Shown in pieces: positions 41,692 to 51,447 of a DNA stretch of 64,000 bases. The notes below the pieces were generated by a model. It saw only the letters and a list, made by a program, of their open reading frames with translations, did no database searches and was not told the origin of the DNA. Where the stretch lies: assembly GCA_963711565.1 (NCBI GenBank), contig CAVQEQ010000004.1, positions 960,001-1,024,000 of the forward strand, written 5' to 3'. This stretch comes from an uncultured delta proteobacterium. GTDB taxonomy: Bacteria; Desulfobacterota; Binatia; Binatales; Binataceae. The position numbers and the translations under genes are program-made. Each line of letters begins with the position of its first letter. The stretch's first letter is position 1.

Positions 41692-42427
41692 CTTCGCCTG
41701 ACCCTTGCCCATCGTGAAGCAACCCCTGTGCTATGGCGACCGCTGCCAGAGCCGCCGTCTCGCTCCTGAGCCGATTCGGTCCGAGTCCGGCCGCGACGAA
41801 TCCCGCGTTTGCGGCATTCGCGCGTTCGTCGTCGTCGAAATCCCCCTCCGGTCCAACCGCTATCAATATCGCACGCGGGTGCGCGCGTCGAATCACTTCG
41901 CCGAGCGGCTCCCCGGCTTGCGCGCAGATCACGGCGAGCGTCCCTGGCGGCACGCCGCGAATCAAGTCGTCGATTCCTGTTGGCGGCCGCACTTCCATCG
42001 TACATGCGGAGTGGCTCTGCTTCGCGGCGGAGAGCGCGAGCCGGCGCCATCGCGCGATACGTTCGGCTCCCGGCGCTCGCACCAATCCGCGCGCAGAGAC
42101 TAACGGCCACAACTCTGATGCTCCCAACTCGGCTGCCTTCTCGACGATGAAGTCCATCCGCGGTCCCTTGACGATTGCGGCGGCGAGAATGATTCGACCA
42201 CGGACACTCGGCGCCGATGACGATTCGACTCGAATCACGGCGCGCTCGCGTTCGTAGCGTTCGATCGCGCCCCGATGCTCGACGCCTGCCGGGTCCAGCA
42301 ACGACACGCGCGCGTCAACCGCCAGCCGCAGAACAGTGCGCATGTGATGCAATTCCGCGCCCTCGACGTGCGCGCGGCCGGCGTCGGGCACTTGTGCGAT
42401 CGAAAAGCGCGGCGGCGTCGCAGGCAT
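41675..42427 (-). CDS. rsmE: 16S rRNA m3U1498 methyltransferase RsmE
   Basis: HH..VLR, KAAELG, AAKQS, GPEG.F, LG...LRSETA; ATG overlaps prmA TGA. Confidence 0.93.
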   Translation of the reverse strand: MPATPPRFSIAQVPDAGRAHVEGAELHHMRTVLRLAVDARVSLLDPAGVEHRGAIERYERERAVIRVESSSAPSVRGRIILAAAIVKGPRMDFIVEKAAELGASELWPLVSARGLVRAPGAERIARWRRLALSAAKQSHSACTMEVRPPTGIDDLIRGVPPGTLAVICAQAGEPLGEVIRRAHPRAILIAVGPEGDFDDDERANAANAGFVAAGLGPNRLRSETAALAAVAIAQGLLHDGQGSGEDGEEK

Positions 42428-43338
42428 CAGCGTGGCGCTCGCGCCATCACGAGCGTCGTCCATCCGCGATGGGTCTTGCGGCTGAGACATCGCAGCGGCG
42501 ACCTGTAATGACTCAGTACGTCGTCGGCTTCGTCGGCAAGAAAGCCGCCAAGGATCAAGCGTCCGCTGGGCGCGACGATTCGCTTGAGGTGCGGCGCGAG
42601 TTCGATCAACGTGCCGCTCAGAATATTCGCCACGATCAGATCGAAATGCCGATGTATTGAGACGAGCGGCACCGACGAGAATCGAATCGATTTCTCCACG
42701 CCGTTGAGGCGCGCATTGGCGCGCGCGTTCTCCAGTGCCGTCGGATCGATGTCGATCGCGATTATCTCACTGTCGCACTTGCCCAGCAGGGCCGCCGCGA
42801 TCGCCAGGATGCCGGAACCGGTGCCCGCATCGAGGATCGACCTGGGTGCGTGCGCGCCGACAATCGATTCGAGCGCGCGCAAAGCCCCGGCTGTCGTCGG
42901 ATGGTGTCCGGTGCCGAAGGCGCGCGCCGGCTGGACCACGATAGTAGTGCGGCCATGCTCATTCTCGCGCTTCCACGGCGGCACGATCAGCATCCGCCGC
43001 CCGACGCGAAACGGGCCGAAGCGTTTCATCCACAGCGTTGACCATCCCGGATCGACGATTCGGCGCACACTGCGCTCGCCCGCCGCGCCGTCCGCGAGCA
43101 TCCCGGCTTGCTCCAACGTCAGCTTGAGTTGCGACAGCTCGGCCGCGGAAATCGCGTCGAAGTATGCTTCGAGTGCGACCGTCTTATCCTCGCGCGCACG
43201 CGGCAGCTTCATCCCGGCGACGGCGCATCCGATCGCGCCGCCCGCGACGAGAATCCCCGCCGCTTCATCCGCAAGATGTGCGTGAGTGCGAAAGATCGCC
43301 CTCGTATAACTTCGCTTGGATGCGACTGCGCGTTGCAT
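42427..43338 (-). CDS. prmA: ribosomal protein L11 methyltransferase
   Basis: AFGTGHHPTT, LDAGTGSGILAI, DIDP, VANI; start approximate. Confidence 0.9.
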   Translation of the reverse strand: MQRAVASKRSYTRAIFRTHAHLADEAAGILVAGGAIGCAVAGMKLPRAREDKTVALEAYFDAISAAELSQLKLTLEQAGMLADGAAGERSVRRIVDPGWSTLWMKRFGPFRVGRRMLIVPPWKRENEHGRTTIVVQPARAFGTGHHPTTAGALRALESIVGAHAPRSILDAGTGSGILAIAAALLGKCDSEIIAIDIDPTALENARANARLNGVEKSIRFSSVPLVSIHRHFDLIVANILSGTLIELAPHLKRIVAPSGRLILGGFLADEADDVLSHYRSPLRCLSRKTHRGWTTLVMARAPR

Positions 43339-43384
43339 ACAGGTCGGGCTGAAGTCTGCCACCAGCGCGGACTTCTTTCGAGGC

Positions 43385-43470
43385 CCCTGAGAGCAAAGTA
43401 GCGCGCCGCGCGCAACTTTGCGCTTCACTGGGTGCAGGGCTCAGCCCTGCCGCCCGCCGCGCAGGCGATT
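43385..43470 (+). repeat. intergenic hairpin repeat family B, copy 1
   Basis: CCCTGAGAGCAAAGTAGCGCG...CTGGGTGCAGGGCTCAGCCCTGCCGCCCGCCGCGCAGGCGATT, recurring at 50077 and 51448. Confidence 0.85.
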
Positions 43471-43610
43471 CCGCTTCTGCTTAGCATTTGCTTTTTCTTG
43501 ATAAGTCTTGTTGACAGCATACGCCGGGCGGGTTTGCGCCTGCGCGCGATGAGCGCGTAAACTCGCATCATTATTAGACTTCAATTGTTCCAACGTGGTG
43601 GAGGCGGGCT

Positions 43611-44315
43611 GTGTTGAACATAGCCCATCGCGGGGCGAGCGGTACTTTTCCCGAGAACACCCTGAGCGCATTTCGCGCCGCTATCGACGCGCGTGCGGAC
43701 ATGTGCGAGCTGGACGTTCAGCTCACTCGCGACGGCGCAGTCGTCGTCATTCATGACGAGACCGTCGATCGCACGACCGACGGCAAGGGCGAAGTCGCGG
43801 AGCTGACGCTCGAAGAGCTCAAGCGTCTGGACGCGGGCGCGAAATTCAAGGGCGGTCCCGTGAAGGGCGAGCGGATTCCCACGCTCGACGAAGTGTTCGC
43901 CGTCACGAGCGGCAAGTGCGGCCTCAATATCGAGCTCAAGGCGGCCGGCGTGGAGCATCAGGTCGCCCAGATCATGCAGGCGCGCAATGCGTTCGGCGAC
44001 AGCATCGTGTCGAGCTTCGATTGGGAATATCTGAAAAAGATTCAACAGATCCACTTCAACATTCGCATCGCTTTGCTGGCCGACGAAAAGCCGGTTGACC
44101 TGATGATGAACGCGGTCGCGATGCGCGCGCATGCGATCAACCCGCGCTGGGACATGGTGACCGCCGATTTGTGCAAGGCGGCCCACGAGCGCGGCCTCAA
44201 GGTGTACACCTGGACCGTCGATGCGGACGCGCGGATGCGCGCTCTAATCGAATGCGGCGTCGACGGAATCATGACGAACTATCCCGAGCGGTTGCGGACG
44301 GTGATGGGCGGCTGA
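43611..44315 (+). CDS. glycerophosphodiester phosphodiesterase
   Basis: IAHRG...PENT, ELDV, IHD, NIELK, SSFD, WTVD, GI.TN. Confidence 0.94.
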   Translation: MLNIAHRGASGTFPENTLSAFRAAIDARADMCELDVQLTRDGAVVVIHDETVDRTTDGKGEVAELTLEELKRLDAGAKFKGGPVKGERIPTLDEVFAVTSGKCGLNIELKAAGVEHQVAQIMQARNAFGDSIVSSFDWEYLKKIQQIHFNIRIALLADEKPVDLMMNAVAMRAHAINPRWDMVTADLCKAAHERGLKVYTWTVDADARMRALIECGVDGIMTNYPERLRTVMGG

Positions 44316-46117
44316 TGGGACGTTTCGGCGACGACAAAATCGAGGAGGTCCGCTCGCGCGCCGATATCGTCGAGATTGTCGGCGCGCACGTGCGTCTGCG
44401 CCGCGCGGGGCGCAACTTCGTCGGCCTGTGTCCGTTCCACAATGAGAAGACGCCGTCGTTCTCGGTGAATGCCGAGCGCGGATTCTTCCATTGCTTCGGA
44501 TGCGGCGTCGGCGGCAGCGTTTTCAATTTCATCACGCGCGTCGAAGGGCTGACGTTTCCCGAGGCGGTGCGGTCGCTCGCGAAAAAATACGGCGTGACGC
44601 TCCCCGAGCACGACGTTTCGGGACCAGCGGCTGGCGAGCGCGAGGCGATGCTGAAAGCGAGCGAGGTCGCCGCGGATTTTTTTGCGCACGTGCTGTGGAA
44701 CACGACCGACGGAGCGATGGCGCGTGACTATTTGAAGTCGCGCGGTATCAGCGTCGAGACCGCGCGCGCATTCATGCTTGGATACGCGCCGAGCCGGCCC
44801 GCATCGCTGGCGAAGGCGCTCGAGAAGCGCGGGCTGCGCGAAGCGGGGGTCAAGGTCGGTCTGGTCAAGAAGGACGGGAGCGACGCCTACGACATGTTTC
44901 GCGCGCGGGTGATGTTTCCGATTCGCGACGCGCAAGGCCGCGCGATCGCATTCGGGGGCCGCGTGCTCGACGCACGCCTGCCCAAGTACATCAACTCGCC
45001 CGAGTCGCCGCTGTACTCGAAGACGCGCACGCTCTACGGGCTGTTTGAAGCGCGCCAGGCAATCTCCTCGAGCGCATCTTCCGGCAAAGATCGCGCGATA
45101 CTGGTCGAAGGATACTTCGACGTGATCGCGTTGTGGCAGGCGGGCTTCAAGGAAGCGGTCGCGGGATGCGGCACGGCGCTGACGGTCGATCAGCTTCGCG
45201 TGCTGAGCAGGTACACGAAAAATGTGATCGCATGCTTCGACGGCGACGTAGCCGGGCGCAAGGCGTCGATGCGTGCGCTCGAAATCTTCCTGCAGGCAGG
45301 GCTGTTGGGCCGTGGAATTTTCATCCCATCGGGATTCGATCCGGACACCTTCGTCCGTGAACGCGGCGCAGCCGCGTTCACGGAGCTGATCGACAAGGCG
45401 CAGCTGCTGGTCGATTATTTTCTGAGCGAGCAGGCAACTGAGGCGCGCGGCTCGATCGCCGAGCGCGCGCGGGCGGCGCAGCGGGTGGCCGAGATGCTCA
45501 AGCTGGTCGGCGATCCGTTCCAGTTCGACTTGCTGGCGCGCAAAGCGGCGGAGCTGCTGTCGATTGGCGAGGAAGTGCTGCGCAAGGAGGCGCGCGGACC
45601 GCAATCGCGGTCCGCGACGCCGTCGCGGTTCGCGCGCGATACGCGCGCGAACGCTTCGTCGCCGCCCGCGGGCGCGGGCGGCGGCGACGCCGGCGACAAG
45701 GCCGAGATCGGCCTGGTCGCGCTGGCGCTGCTGCATCCGGAACTGCGCAATGAAATTGCGCAGTCCGGGGCGACTGCGAATTTCGAAGAAATTCGCCTCG
45801 GCGGCATCCTCGCCGATTTGTGCCGCACCGACGAGCCATACACCGCGCTCGAGCAATGGATTGCGGATCGGTTGACCGCCGACGAACAGGGCCGCGTCAG
45901 CGAGTTCGCCGTCGGTCCGCGAAACGACGAGGTCGAGGACGAGACGCAGAAGGTCCCGAGCGATCTCGACCAATGCCGCGCGCTCGTCAAGGACTACGTC
46001 GTTGCGCTCGAGCGGCGCCGCCGCACGCGCGAACTCGGGCGCCTGCGCCAGGGCGCTGCCGACGTCTCGACCGCGCAGGCCGTCATCGCGCTTCGACGGG
46101 AGAGTCGCGGCGCGTGA
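44315..46117 (+). CDS. dnaG: DNA primase
   Basis: CPFH.EKTPSF and CFGC zinc finger, KYINSPE, VEGYFD, DGD.AG TOPRIM. Confidence 0.97.
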   Translation: MGRFGDDKIEEVRSRADIVEIVGAHVRLRRAGRNFVGLCPFHNEKTPSFSVNAERGFFHCFGCGVGGSVFNFITRVEGLTFPEAVRSLAKKYGVTLPEHDVSGPAAGEREAMLKASEVAADFFAHVLWNTTDGAMARDYLKSRGISVETARAFMLGYAPSRPASLAKALEKRGLREAGVKVGLVKKDGSDAYDMFRARVMFPIRDAQGRAIAFGGRVLDARLPKYINSPESPLYSKTRTLYGLFEARQAISSSASSGKDRAILVEGYFDVIALWQAGFKEAVAGCGTALTVDQLRVLSRYTKNVIACFDGDVAGRKASMRALEIFLQAGLLGRGIFIPSGFDPDTFVRERGAAAFTELIDKAQLLVDYFLSEQATEARGSIAERARAAQRVAEMLKLVGDPFQFDLLARKAAELLSIGEEVLRKEARGPQSRSATPSRFARDTRANASSPPAGAGGGDAGDKAEIGLVALALLHPELRNEIAQSGATANFEEIRLGGILADLCRTDEPYTALEQWIADRLTADEQGRVSEFAVGPRNDEVEDETQKVPSDLDQCRALVKDYVVALERRRRTRELGRLRQGAADVSTAQAVIALRRESRGA

Positions 46118-46216
46118 GCGTTCAGATGTACATGAGTTGAACGAATGTTTAAGCGATCAGCCCTTAAGTCTGCTGCGCGAACTTGCTACCATTGGGGCAC
46201 CTTGATGCACTTTCGA

Positions 46217-46292
46217 GGGCCCATAGCTCAGCCAGGTTCAGAGCTGCCGGCTCATAACCGGCTGGTCCCAGGTTCAAATCCTGGTGGGCCCA
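46217..46292 (+). tRNA. tRNA-Ile2 (CAT anticodon, lysidine-modified)
   Basis: GGGCCCA/TGGGCCC stem, CTCATAA anticodon loop, no initiator features, CCA not encoded; Ile2 rather than Met is inferred from sequence style and position after dnaG. Confidence 0.85.
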
Positions 46293-46391
46293 TCTCATTT
46301 GTGCCCGCGGCGTCGCCGGCGGGCTTTATTATGTTTCACGATAACGGACAGAAACCTTGCGCGACGCGCATAACTTTAGCGGAGAGACGAA

Positions 46392-47120
46392 TTGCGTGAA
46401 GAGATAAACCGGCTGATGGATCTCCAGATCATCGACCGGCAACTGCAAGAGTTGGAGCAATCGCTGTCGTCGATTGCCGGGCGAGTTGACCAGCTTCGCG
46501 ATGAGAACCAGAAGAACCAGACCGAACTCGATCGCCTTACCGAACATGACAAGGAAATAACCGCGGCGCGCAAAAAGGCCGAGCGCGAGCTCGCCGAAGG
46601 CGAGGTCCGAATCCGCAACAAGCGGATGCGCTTGACGCTGGTCCGCAACGACAAGGAACTGCAGGCGCTGACGCATGAGATCGAGTCGTTGAAGGAGACC
46701 AATCAGCGCCTCGAGACTGAGTTGCTGACCTCGATGGAAGGCGCGGACGTGCGGACCGCGCGCATCAAGGAGCTGACCGAGGCGATCGCGAAGGGCCGCG
46801 TTGACCTGGCGGCGGCTGAAAAAGAAATCGCGGCGGAAGTCGAAGAGCTGAAGAGCAATATCGGCAAGCGCAGGAAGGCGCGCGAGAAGGTCGCCGAGAA
46901 CGTCGACGCGGGCCTCCTCTCGCGCTACCAGATGATCTTCAGCCGGCGCGCCGGCGTCGCGGTTGCGCTCGCGAAAGGCGGAACCTGCCAGGGATGCCGG
47001 ATGCGCCTGCCGCCGCAGCTATACAACGAGATCCAGAAACATCTGCAGATCCATTTCTGCCCAAACTGCCAGCGCGTCCTGTACTACGAGGAGCCGGCGG
47101 CGGAAAAGGCAAGCTCGTAG
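46392..47120 (+). CDS. coiled-coil protein with C4 zinc ribbon (DUF164/CT398-like)
   Basis: LQ.ID N-terminus, long coiled coil, CQGC...CPNC.R.L. Confidence 0.92.
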   Translation: MREEINRLMDLQIIDRQLQELEQSLSSIAGRVDQLRDENQKNQTELDRLTEHDKEITAARKKAERELAEGEVRIRNKRMRLTLVRNDKELQALTHEIESLKETNQRLETELLTSMEGADVRTARIKELTEAIAKGRVDLAAAEKEIAAEVEELKSNIGKRRKAREKVAENVDAGLLSRYQMIFSRRAGVAVALAKGGTCQGCRMRLPPQLYNEIQKHLQIHFCPNCQRVLYYEEPAAEKASS

Positions 47121-47122
47121 AT

Positions 47123-47358
47123 TCCTAACCTCTCATTGTCCGAGGAGAGGTCGCCGCGAGCCAAAGGTGAGCGGCGGGAGAGGTGCAACGCGGCCGTCGC
47201 AACTGCGTGTAGTTGTGCTGCTGTCGAGCAGCTGAGTTAGTGTCTCTGCATCGCGATTAGACGAGTCGAGATTGGTGCGATGTCAGGCGTTGCACCTCAC
47301 CCGGCGACACCGCTGCGCGGCTTACGCCGACCTCTCCTCGGACAAGGAGAGGTTAGGA
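47123..47358. repeat. gene-less inverted REP-like doublet
   Basis: TCCTAACCTCTCATTGTCCGAGGAGAGGTCG...GAGGTGCAACGC is inverted to GCGTTGCACCTC...CGACCTCTCCTCGGACAAGGAGAGGTTAGGA. Confidence 0.85.
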
Positions 47359-47375
47359 TCTGATCGAGCCGCGCC

Positions 47376-47948
47376 TCACTGGCCCGCACATCGCCACCCA
47401 CTCCCGTTGCGCATTAGCGTGAACACCGCCGGCATTGGCATCGATTCCCAGAATCCATAATCGACGCCCGCCATGAATGCGTGCAGCGCGAGCGCGATCA
47501 GATTCCCATGGCTCGCGACTATCACCGTGCCGCCCGAATGCCTCGACGCGATCGTATCGAGCACGCGCACCACACGCGCCTGCGCGACACGTCCGCTCTC
47601 TCCACCCGGCGGCGCGTAATCGAAATCCTCCCACGAGCGCCGCAGATGCGATCTCCAGTCCGGCAACTCGGTGGGCGACAGTAGACGTTCACGGAGATCT
47701 TCTATCGTCGCGATTGCGAGGCAGCGTGCCCGCGCGATCGGATCGATCGTCTGCCGCGCGCGAATATACGGACTTGAGAACGCCGCGTCGATTTGAGTCG
47801 AAGCGTGCTCATCGCGCAGTTGCTCCGCATCGCGGAGCCCCTTCACGGTCAACGGACGCGTGAATTCATCGTAGCCCGAAGTGCCCGGCGCGACCGGCTC
47901 GGCGTGACGAACCAGTAAGACGGTTAGCGATCGTTCGTCGATGGCCAT
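47376..47948 (-). CDS. histidine phosphatase family protein
   Basis: LVRHA, SSP..RA.QT, GGES, SHG. Confidence 0.92.
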   Translation of the reverse strand: MAIDERSLTVLLVRHAEPVAPGTSGYDEFTRPLTVKGLRDAEQLRDEHASTQIDAAFSSPYIRARQTIDPIARARCLAIATIEDLRERLLSPTELPDWRSHLRRSWEDFDYAPPGGESGRVAQARVVRVLDTIASRHSGGTVIVASHGNLIALALHAFMAGVDYGFWESMPMPAVFTLMRNGSGWRCAGQ

Positions 47949-47992
47949 CTCTCAATTTCCGTCCGCGGCGCAAATCTCTGATGCCGCAATAC

Positions 47993-48997
47993 TCAATGCA
48001 TCAGCACTGCTCTGAACCTAACCTTGCCCGTCATCATCCGCTCGTAGCCCTCGGCTGCCCGCTCGATCGGAAACGTTTCGATCATCGCGCGCACTCCGGT
48101 CTGCGCCGCGAACTTCAGCGTATCCTCGGAGTCCTTCGAGGTTCCCGCCGGCCATCCGAGGATCGTGCGCTGCAAGCTAATCAGCTGGATCGACGAAACT
48201 GCGAACGGCTCGGGACTCGCCCCGACGATAACCAATCTGCCGCGTACGCCGAGACCGTCAACCAGCGCGCCGATCGCCTTCGAGTCGGGCGCAGTGACGA
48301 GAATTACGGTGGCGCCGCCGTCCTTGTTCAACTCTGCCGCCACGTCCTGCTTGCTGCCGTCGATATAGCGTCGCGCGCCGAGCTTCAGCGCCAGCGGCTC
48401 CTTGTCCTCGCCCCGTCCGATCGCGACAACGTCGTAACCGGATTTCGCCGCAAACTGAATTCCCAAATGCCCGAGGCCGCCGATTCCCTGGATACCCACG
48501 AGGTCGCCGGGTCCCGCGCCGCTATGCCTCAGCGCGTTGAACGTCGTGATTCCGGCGCACATCAGCGGCGCCGCCTCTTCCGGTCGCAGCACGTCGGGGA
48601 TATGCGCGAGCGCCTCGACCGGCGCAATGACGTGGGCCGTGTAGCCGCCGTCGTAACTGATCCCGGGAATTTTCAAAAATTTGCAATTGACAAAATCGCC
48701 GCGCCGGCATGGATCGCATCGAAAGCAGTTCCCGCCATGCCATCCGACGCCGACCCGATCGCCGACTTTCCAATCCCCCAAATCTTCGCCGAGCGCGTCG
48801 ATCACTCCGGCGATTTCATGCCCCGGCGATCGCGGATAAGTGATCCCCGGCCATGCCCCTTCTTTCGTAAACATGTCGCTATGACAAATTCCGCAGGCCT
48901 GAACTCTAATCCGAACCTGCTCGCGCGCCGGCTCGACGATTTTTTCATCAACAAGTTTGAATGGTCCCTTGGGTTTTTCGACTCGAACGGATTTCAT
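47993..48997 (-). CDS. zinc-dependent alcohol dehydrogenase
   Basis: GICHSD, GHE, CFRCDPC...C, CAGIT, GIGGLG. Confidence 0.95.
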   Translation of the reverse strand: MKSVRVEKPKGPFKLVDEKIVEPAREQVRIRVQACGICHSDMFTKEGAWPGITYPRSPGHEIAGVIDALGEDLGDWKVGDRVGVGWHGGNCFRCDPCRRGDFVNCKFLKIPGISYDGGYTAHVIAPVEALAHIPDVLRPEEAAPLMCAGITTFNALRHSGAGPGDLVGIQGIGGLGHLGIQFAAKSGYDVVAIGRGEDKEPLALKLGARRYIDGSKQDVAAELNKDGGATVILVTAPDSKAIGALVDGLGVRGRLVIVGASPEPFAVSSIQLISLQRTILGWPAGTSKDSEDTLKFAAQTGVRAMIETFPIERAAEGYERMMTGKVRFRAVLMH

Positions 48998-49133
48998 AAT
49001 TCCTCTCCATTGGAAATTTCGAGTATCGGAGACTTCAGGATAACGCTCGAATCCATCTTGAGTCACGACTATTATTCCCCCTCTCCCGGAACGGAAACCT
49101 TCACGCAACGCGAACCCACCCATTCGGGTCTGT

Positions 49134-49339
49134 TCCCCCTTTCCACCCTGGAAAGGGAGTGAAGGAGATAGGACACAGCTGCGGCTTCTCGTCTGTTCCC
49201 CCTTTCCACCTGGAAAGGGGGTGAGGGGGATAGGACACCACCAGCCGGGCATCTTGTGTTCCCCTTCCCCATTCTGGGGGAAGGGGCTAGGGGTTAGGGT
49301 TCTGGCTATGCAGCGCCAAATCTCCGGAAAGGGGGAATC
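49134..49339. repeat. cluster of CCCCTTTCC-n-GGAAAGGG REP-like palindromes upstream of rnpB
   Basis: Three near-complete palindromes with GGGATAGG/GGGGTTAGG tails plus a partial copy. Confidence 0.8.
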
Positions 49340-49368
49340 AGATCATGCGCGCAGCCTCACCGGCAACA

Positions 49369-49377
49369 TGCTACTCT
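49369..49377 (+). promoter_or_regulatory. extended -10 promoter of rnpB
   Basis: TG-C-TACTCT about 7 nt before the P1 helix. Confidence 0.5.
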
Positions 49378-49384
49378 CACAGCG

Positions 49385-49728
49385 CCGGAGTGAGTCGGGC
49401 GCTCGCTTCCCTTAAATGGGAAGAGGAAAGTCCGGGCTCCATAGGGCAGGATGGCCGTTAACGGCGGCGCGGAGCGATCCGCGGAAAGTGGCACAGAAAA
49501 TACACCGCCTGCAAAGGTAAGGGTGAAATGGTGGGGTAAGAGCCCACCGGCGCGCGAGTGATCGTGCGCGCATGCCAAACCCCATCTGGAGCAAGACCAA
49601 ATAGGAGGCTGAGCGGCCCGCTCTTAAGGCCTCGGGTATGGTCGCATGAGTCACAGAGCAATCTATGGCCTAGAGGAATGATCGCCGCCCGCAAGGGACA
49701 CAGAACCCGGCTTACAGACTCACTCCGG
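49385..49728 (+). ncRNA. rnpB: RNase P RNA (bacterial type A)
   Basis: GAGGAAAGTCCGGGCTCC and CAGAACCCGGCTTA conserved regions; P1 helix CCGGAGTGAGTC/GACTCACTCCGG. Confidence 0.97.
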
Positions 49729-49789
49729 TTCTCGCTTAGGCGAGCCTGCGATCTGCCTGCATCGCCGCTGCCGGCAAAGATCGCAATCT

Positions 49790-50035
49790 TTCCCCCTTTC
49801 CACCCTGGAAAGGGAGTCAGGGGGATAGGACATCACGATTCCCACGCTTGGTGTTGCCCTTCCCCATTTTTTCTGGGGAAGGGGCTAGGGGTTAGGGTTC
49901 TGCCTACGCAACGACGAAAATCCCCTAACCCCTGACCCCTTCCCCAACAGTGTGGAAGGGGAACGAGAAGAAAGCCCTGGAGCGCAACGCCGTCTTATCC
50001 CCCTAACCCCCTTTCCGGGGCGGAAAGGGGGAATC
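49790..50035. repeat. cluster of REP-like palindromes downstream of rnpB
   Basis: Four CCCCTT(T)CC-n-GGAA(A)GGG palindromes, two in each orientation. Confidence 0.8.
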
Positions 50036-50076
50036 AGACAAAAGCCCCATCTGGAGTAGCCATCGGCTGGTTCCAT

Positions 50077-50147
50077 GCGCAACTTTGCGCTTCACACTGG
50101 GTGCAGGGCTCAGCCATGCCGCCCGCCGCGCAGGCGATTATTCTTTC
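50077..50147 (+). repeat. intergenic hairpin repeat family B, copy 2 (partial)
   Basis: GCGCAACTTTGCG...GGGTGCAGGGCTCAGCC...GCAGGCGATTATTCTTTC. Confidence 0.8.
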
Positions 50148-50156
50148 CTGGACCCT

Positions 50157-51362
50157 CTACTCGGCAACCCCGTGCGCCGCCGATTCCAGCCTCCTCAAAA
50201 TCCCAGTCCCCAACGTCATATACCCAGCCACTCTCGACAGCGCCGCCAAATCCCGCACCCCAGCCTCTATCTCCGGCGCAATCGCGAGCTTCACCCCCTT
50301 GGGCAAGTCGCGCGCGAACGCCGCGACGCGCTCGATCTCGCCAAGCGTCCGCTCCCGATACTCCTCGAAATGATGCACCAGGCGCCCGAACCCATTCGCC
50401 TCGGCGCCATCTCTCGCTACTGACGCACGCAATTCCGAAATCTCCGCTAGATGACTCAGCGGGCGCGAAGTTGAATCGGCTACAGCCGACCAAGTCCGCT
50501 CGTCGAGGAACCGATTGATCACGATCGCGCTGAGCTTGAGTCCTTCCGCGTTCATCTGCGCGACCAGCTCGCGCGCCTGCCGGATGCGGTCGGGCTCCGC
50601 CGTCGTGACCATCACGAATTTGACCGCTGGCGAATGCAGCAGCGCCTCGGTCTTCTGCAGACGATCGACAATCGCGTCCATGCTCTCCGCCATCGCCGCG
50701 AAAAAATCCGTGATAGTCGAGAGCACGTTGCTGCCAGCGAACCGCTCGATCTCGCGCACGACGAATCGCGCCGCCTCGCTCGCCACCTTCATCGCGATCC
50801 GGCCGGCCGAGAGCGACGGCGTGAACAACCATCGCGCCGTCCGTGAATCGAGCAACCGAATCATCCGCGCGGGCGTCTGCAGGAACTCGAACGAATGCGA
50901 CGCCGGCGGAGTGTCCACGACTTCGAGCTCGAATGCGCCCGTCTGATGGAGATCGTAAAGGCGCTGGAGCGCGGCGAATGCGTCAGCGCCGGCGAACTCC
51001 GCCGTCAGGCTTTTGTAAAATGGATTGTCGAAAACCTTGCGCCGCGTCGCCGGGTCGGCAACGAAGCGCTCGACGATCGCGTCCCATGCGCCGGATACGT
51101 CGAGCATCATCGCGGACAACTGGAGATGCGCATCGAGTCCCGCCGCCGCCAGCTGCCGCGCCCCAATCCGCGTCGGCTGCCCGCCCAGGCGCGCGAGCCC
51201 GAGGGCATCGCGCAACCGCTCGGAAGGATCGACGGTGATCACCGCCGTATTGAGATTCGCCGACGCCCCCGCCAGCGCCAGCGCCGCCGCGATCGTCGTC
51301 TTGCCGACTCCGCCGGTCCCCAGCAGTATCGGAATCGATCCTTTGGTGAGCAAGTCCTTCAA
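50157..51362 (-). CDS. ArsA/GET3-like ATPase
   Basis: GTGGVGKTT, T.DP..RL.DALG, VVDTPP. Confidence 0.88.
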   Translation of the reverse strand: MKDLLTKGSIPILLGTGGVGKTTIAAALALAGASANLNTAVITVDPSERLRDALGLARLGGQPTRIGARQLAAAGLDAHLQLSAMMLDVSGAWDAIVERFVADPATRRKVFDNPFYKSLTAEFAGADAFAALQRLYDLHQTGAFELEVVDTPPASHSFEFLQTPARMIRLLDSRTARWLFTPSLSAGRIAMKVASEAARFVVREIERFAGSNVLSTITDFFAAMAESMDAIVDRLQKTEALLHSPAVKFVMVTTAEPDRIRQARELVAQMNAEGLKLSAIVINRFLDERTWSAVADSTSRPLSHLAEISELRASVARDGAEANGFGRLVHHFEEYRERTLGEIERVAAFARDLPKGVKLAIAPEIEAGVRDLAALSRVAGYMTLGTGILRRLESAAHGVAE

Positions 51363-51447
51363 GTATCGGCTCCCTGGAGGGTCACAATATCAGTCCCGTC
51401 CCACATTTCCTCTCCCGAGCTTCTTGTTACGAGCCATCGAGTCGCCG

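Noticed and set aside
44279-45973. 564-aa minus-strand ORF
   Set aside because: Antisense shadow of dnaG
46217-46292. tRNA(CAT) as initiator tRNA-fMet
   Set aside because: Has a paired G1-C72 and lacks the three consecutive G-C pairs in the anticodon stem
48998-49252. N-terminal extension of the alcohol dehydrogenase ORF
   Set aside because: Translates REP palindromes; a good RBS precedes ATG 48997
49134-50035. Repeat clusters as a CRISPR array
   Set aside because: Units are degenerate, mixed in orientation, irregularly spaced, and no cas genes are present
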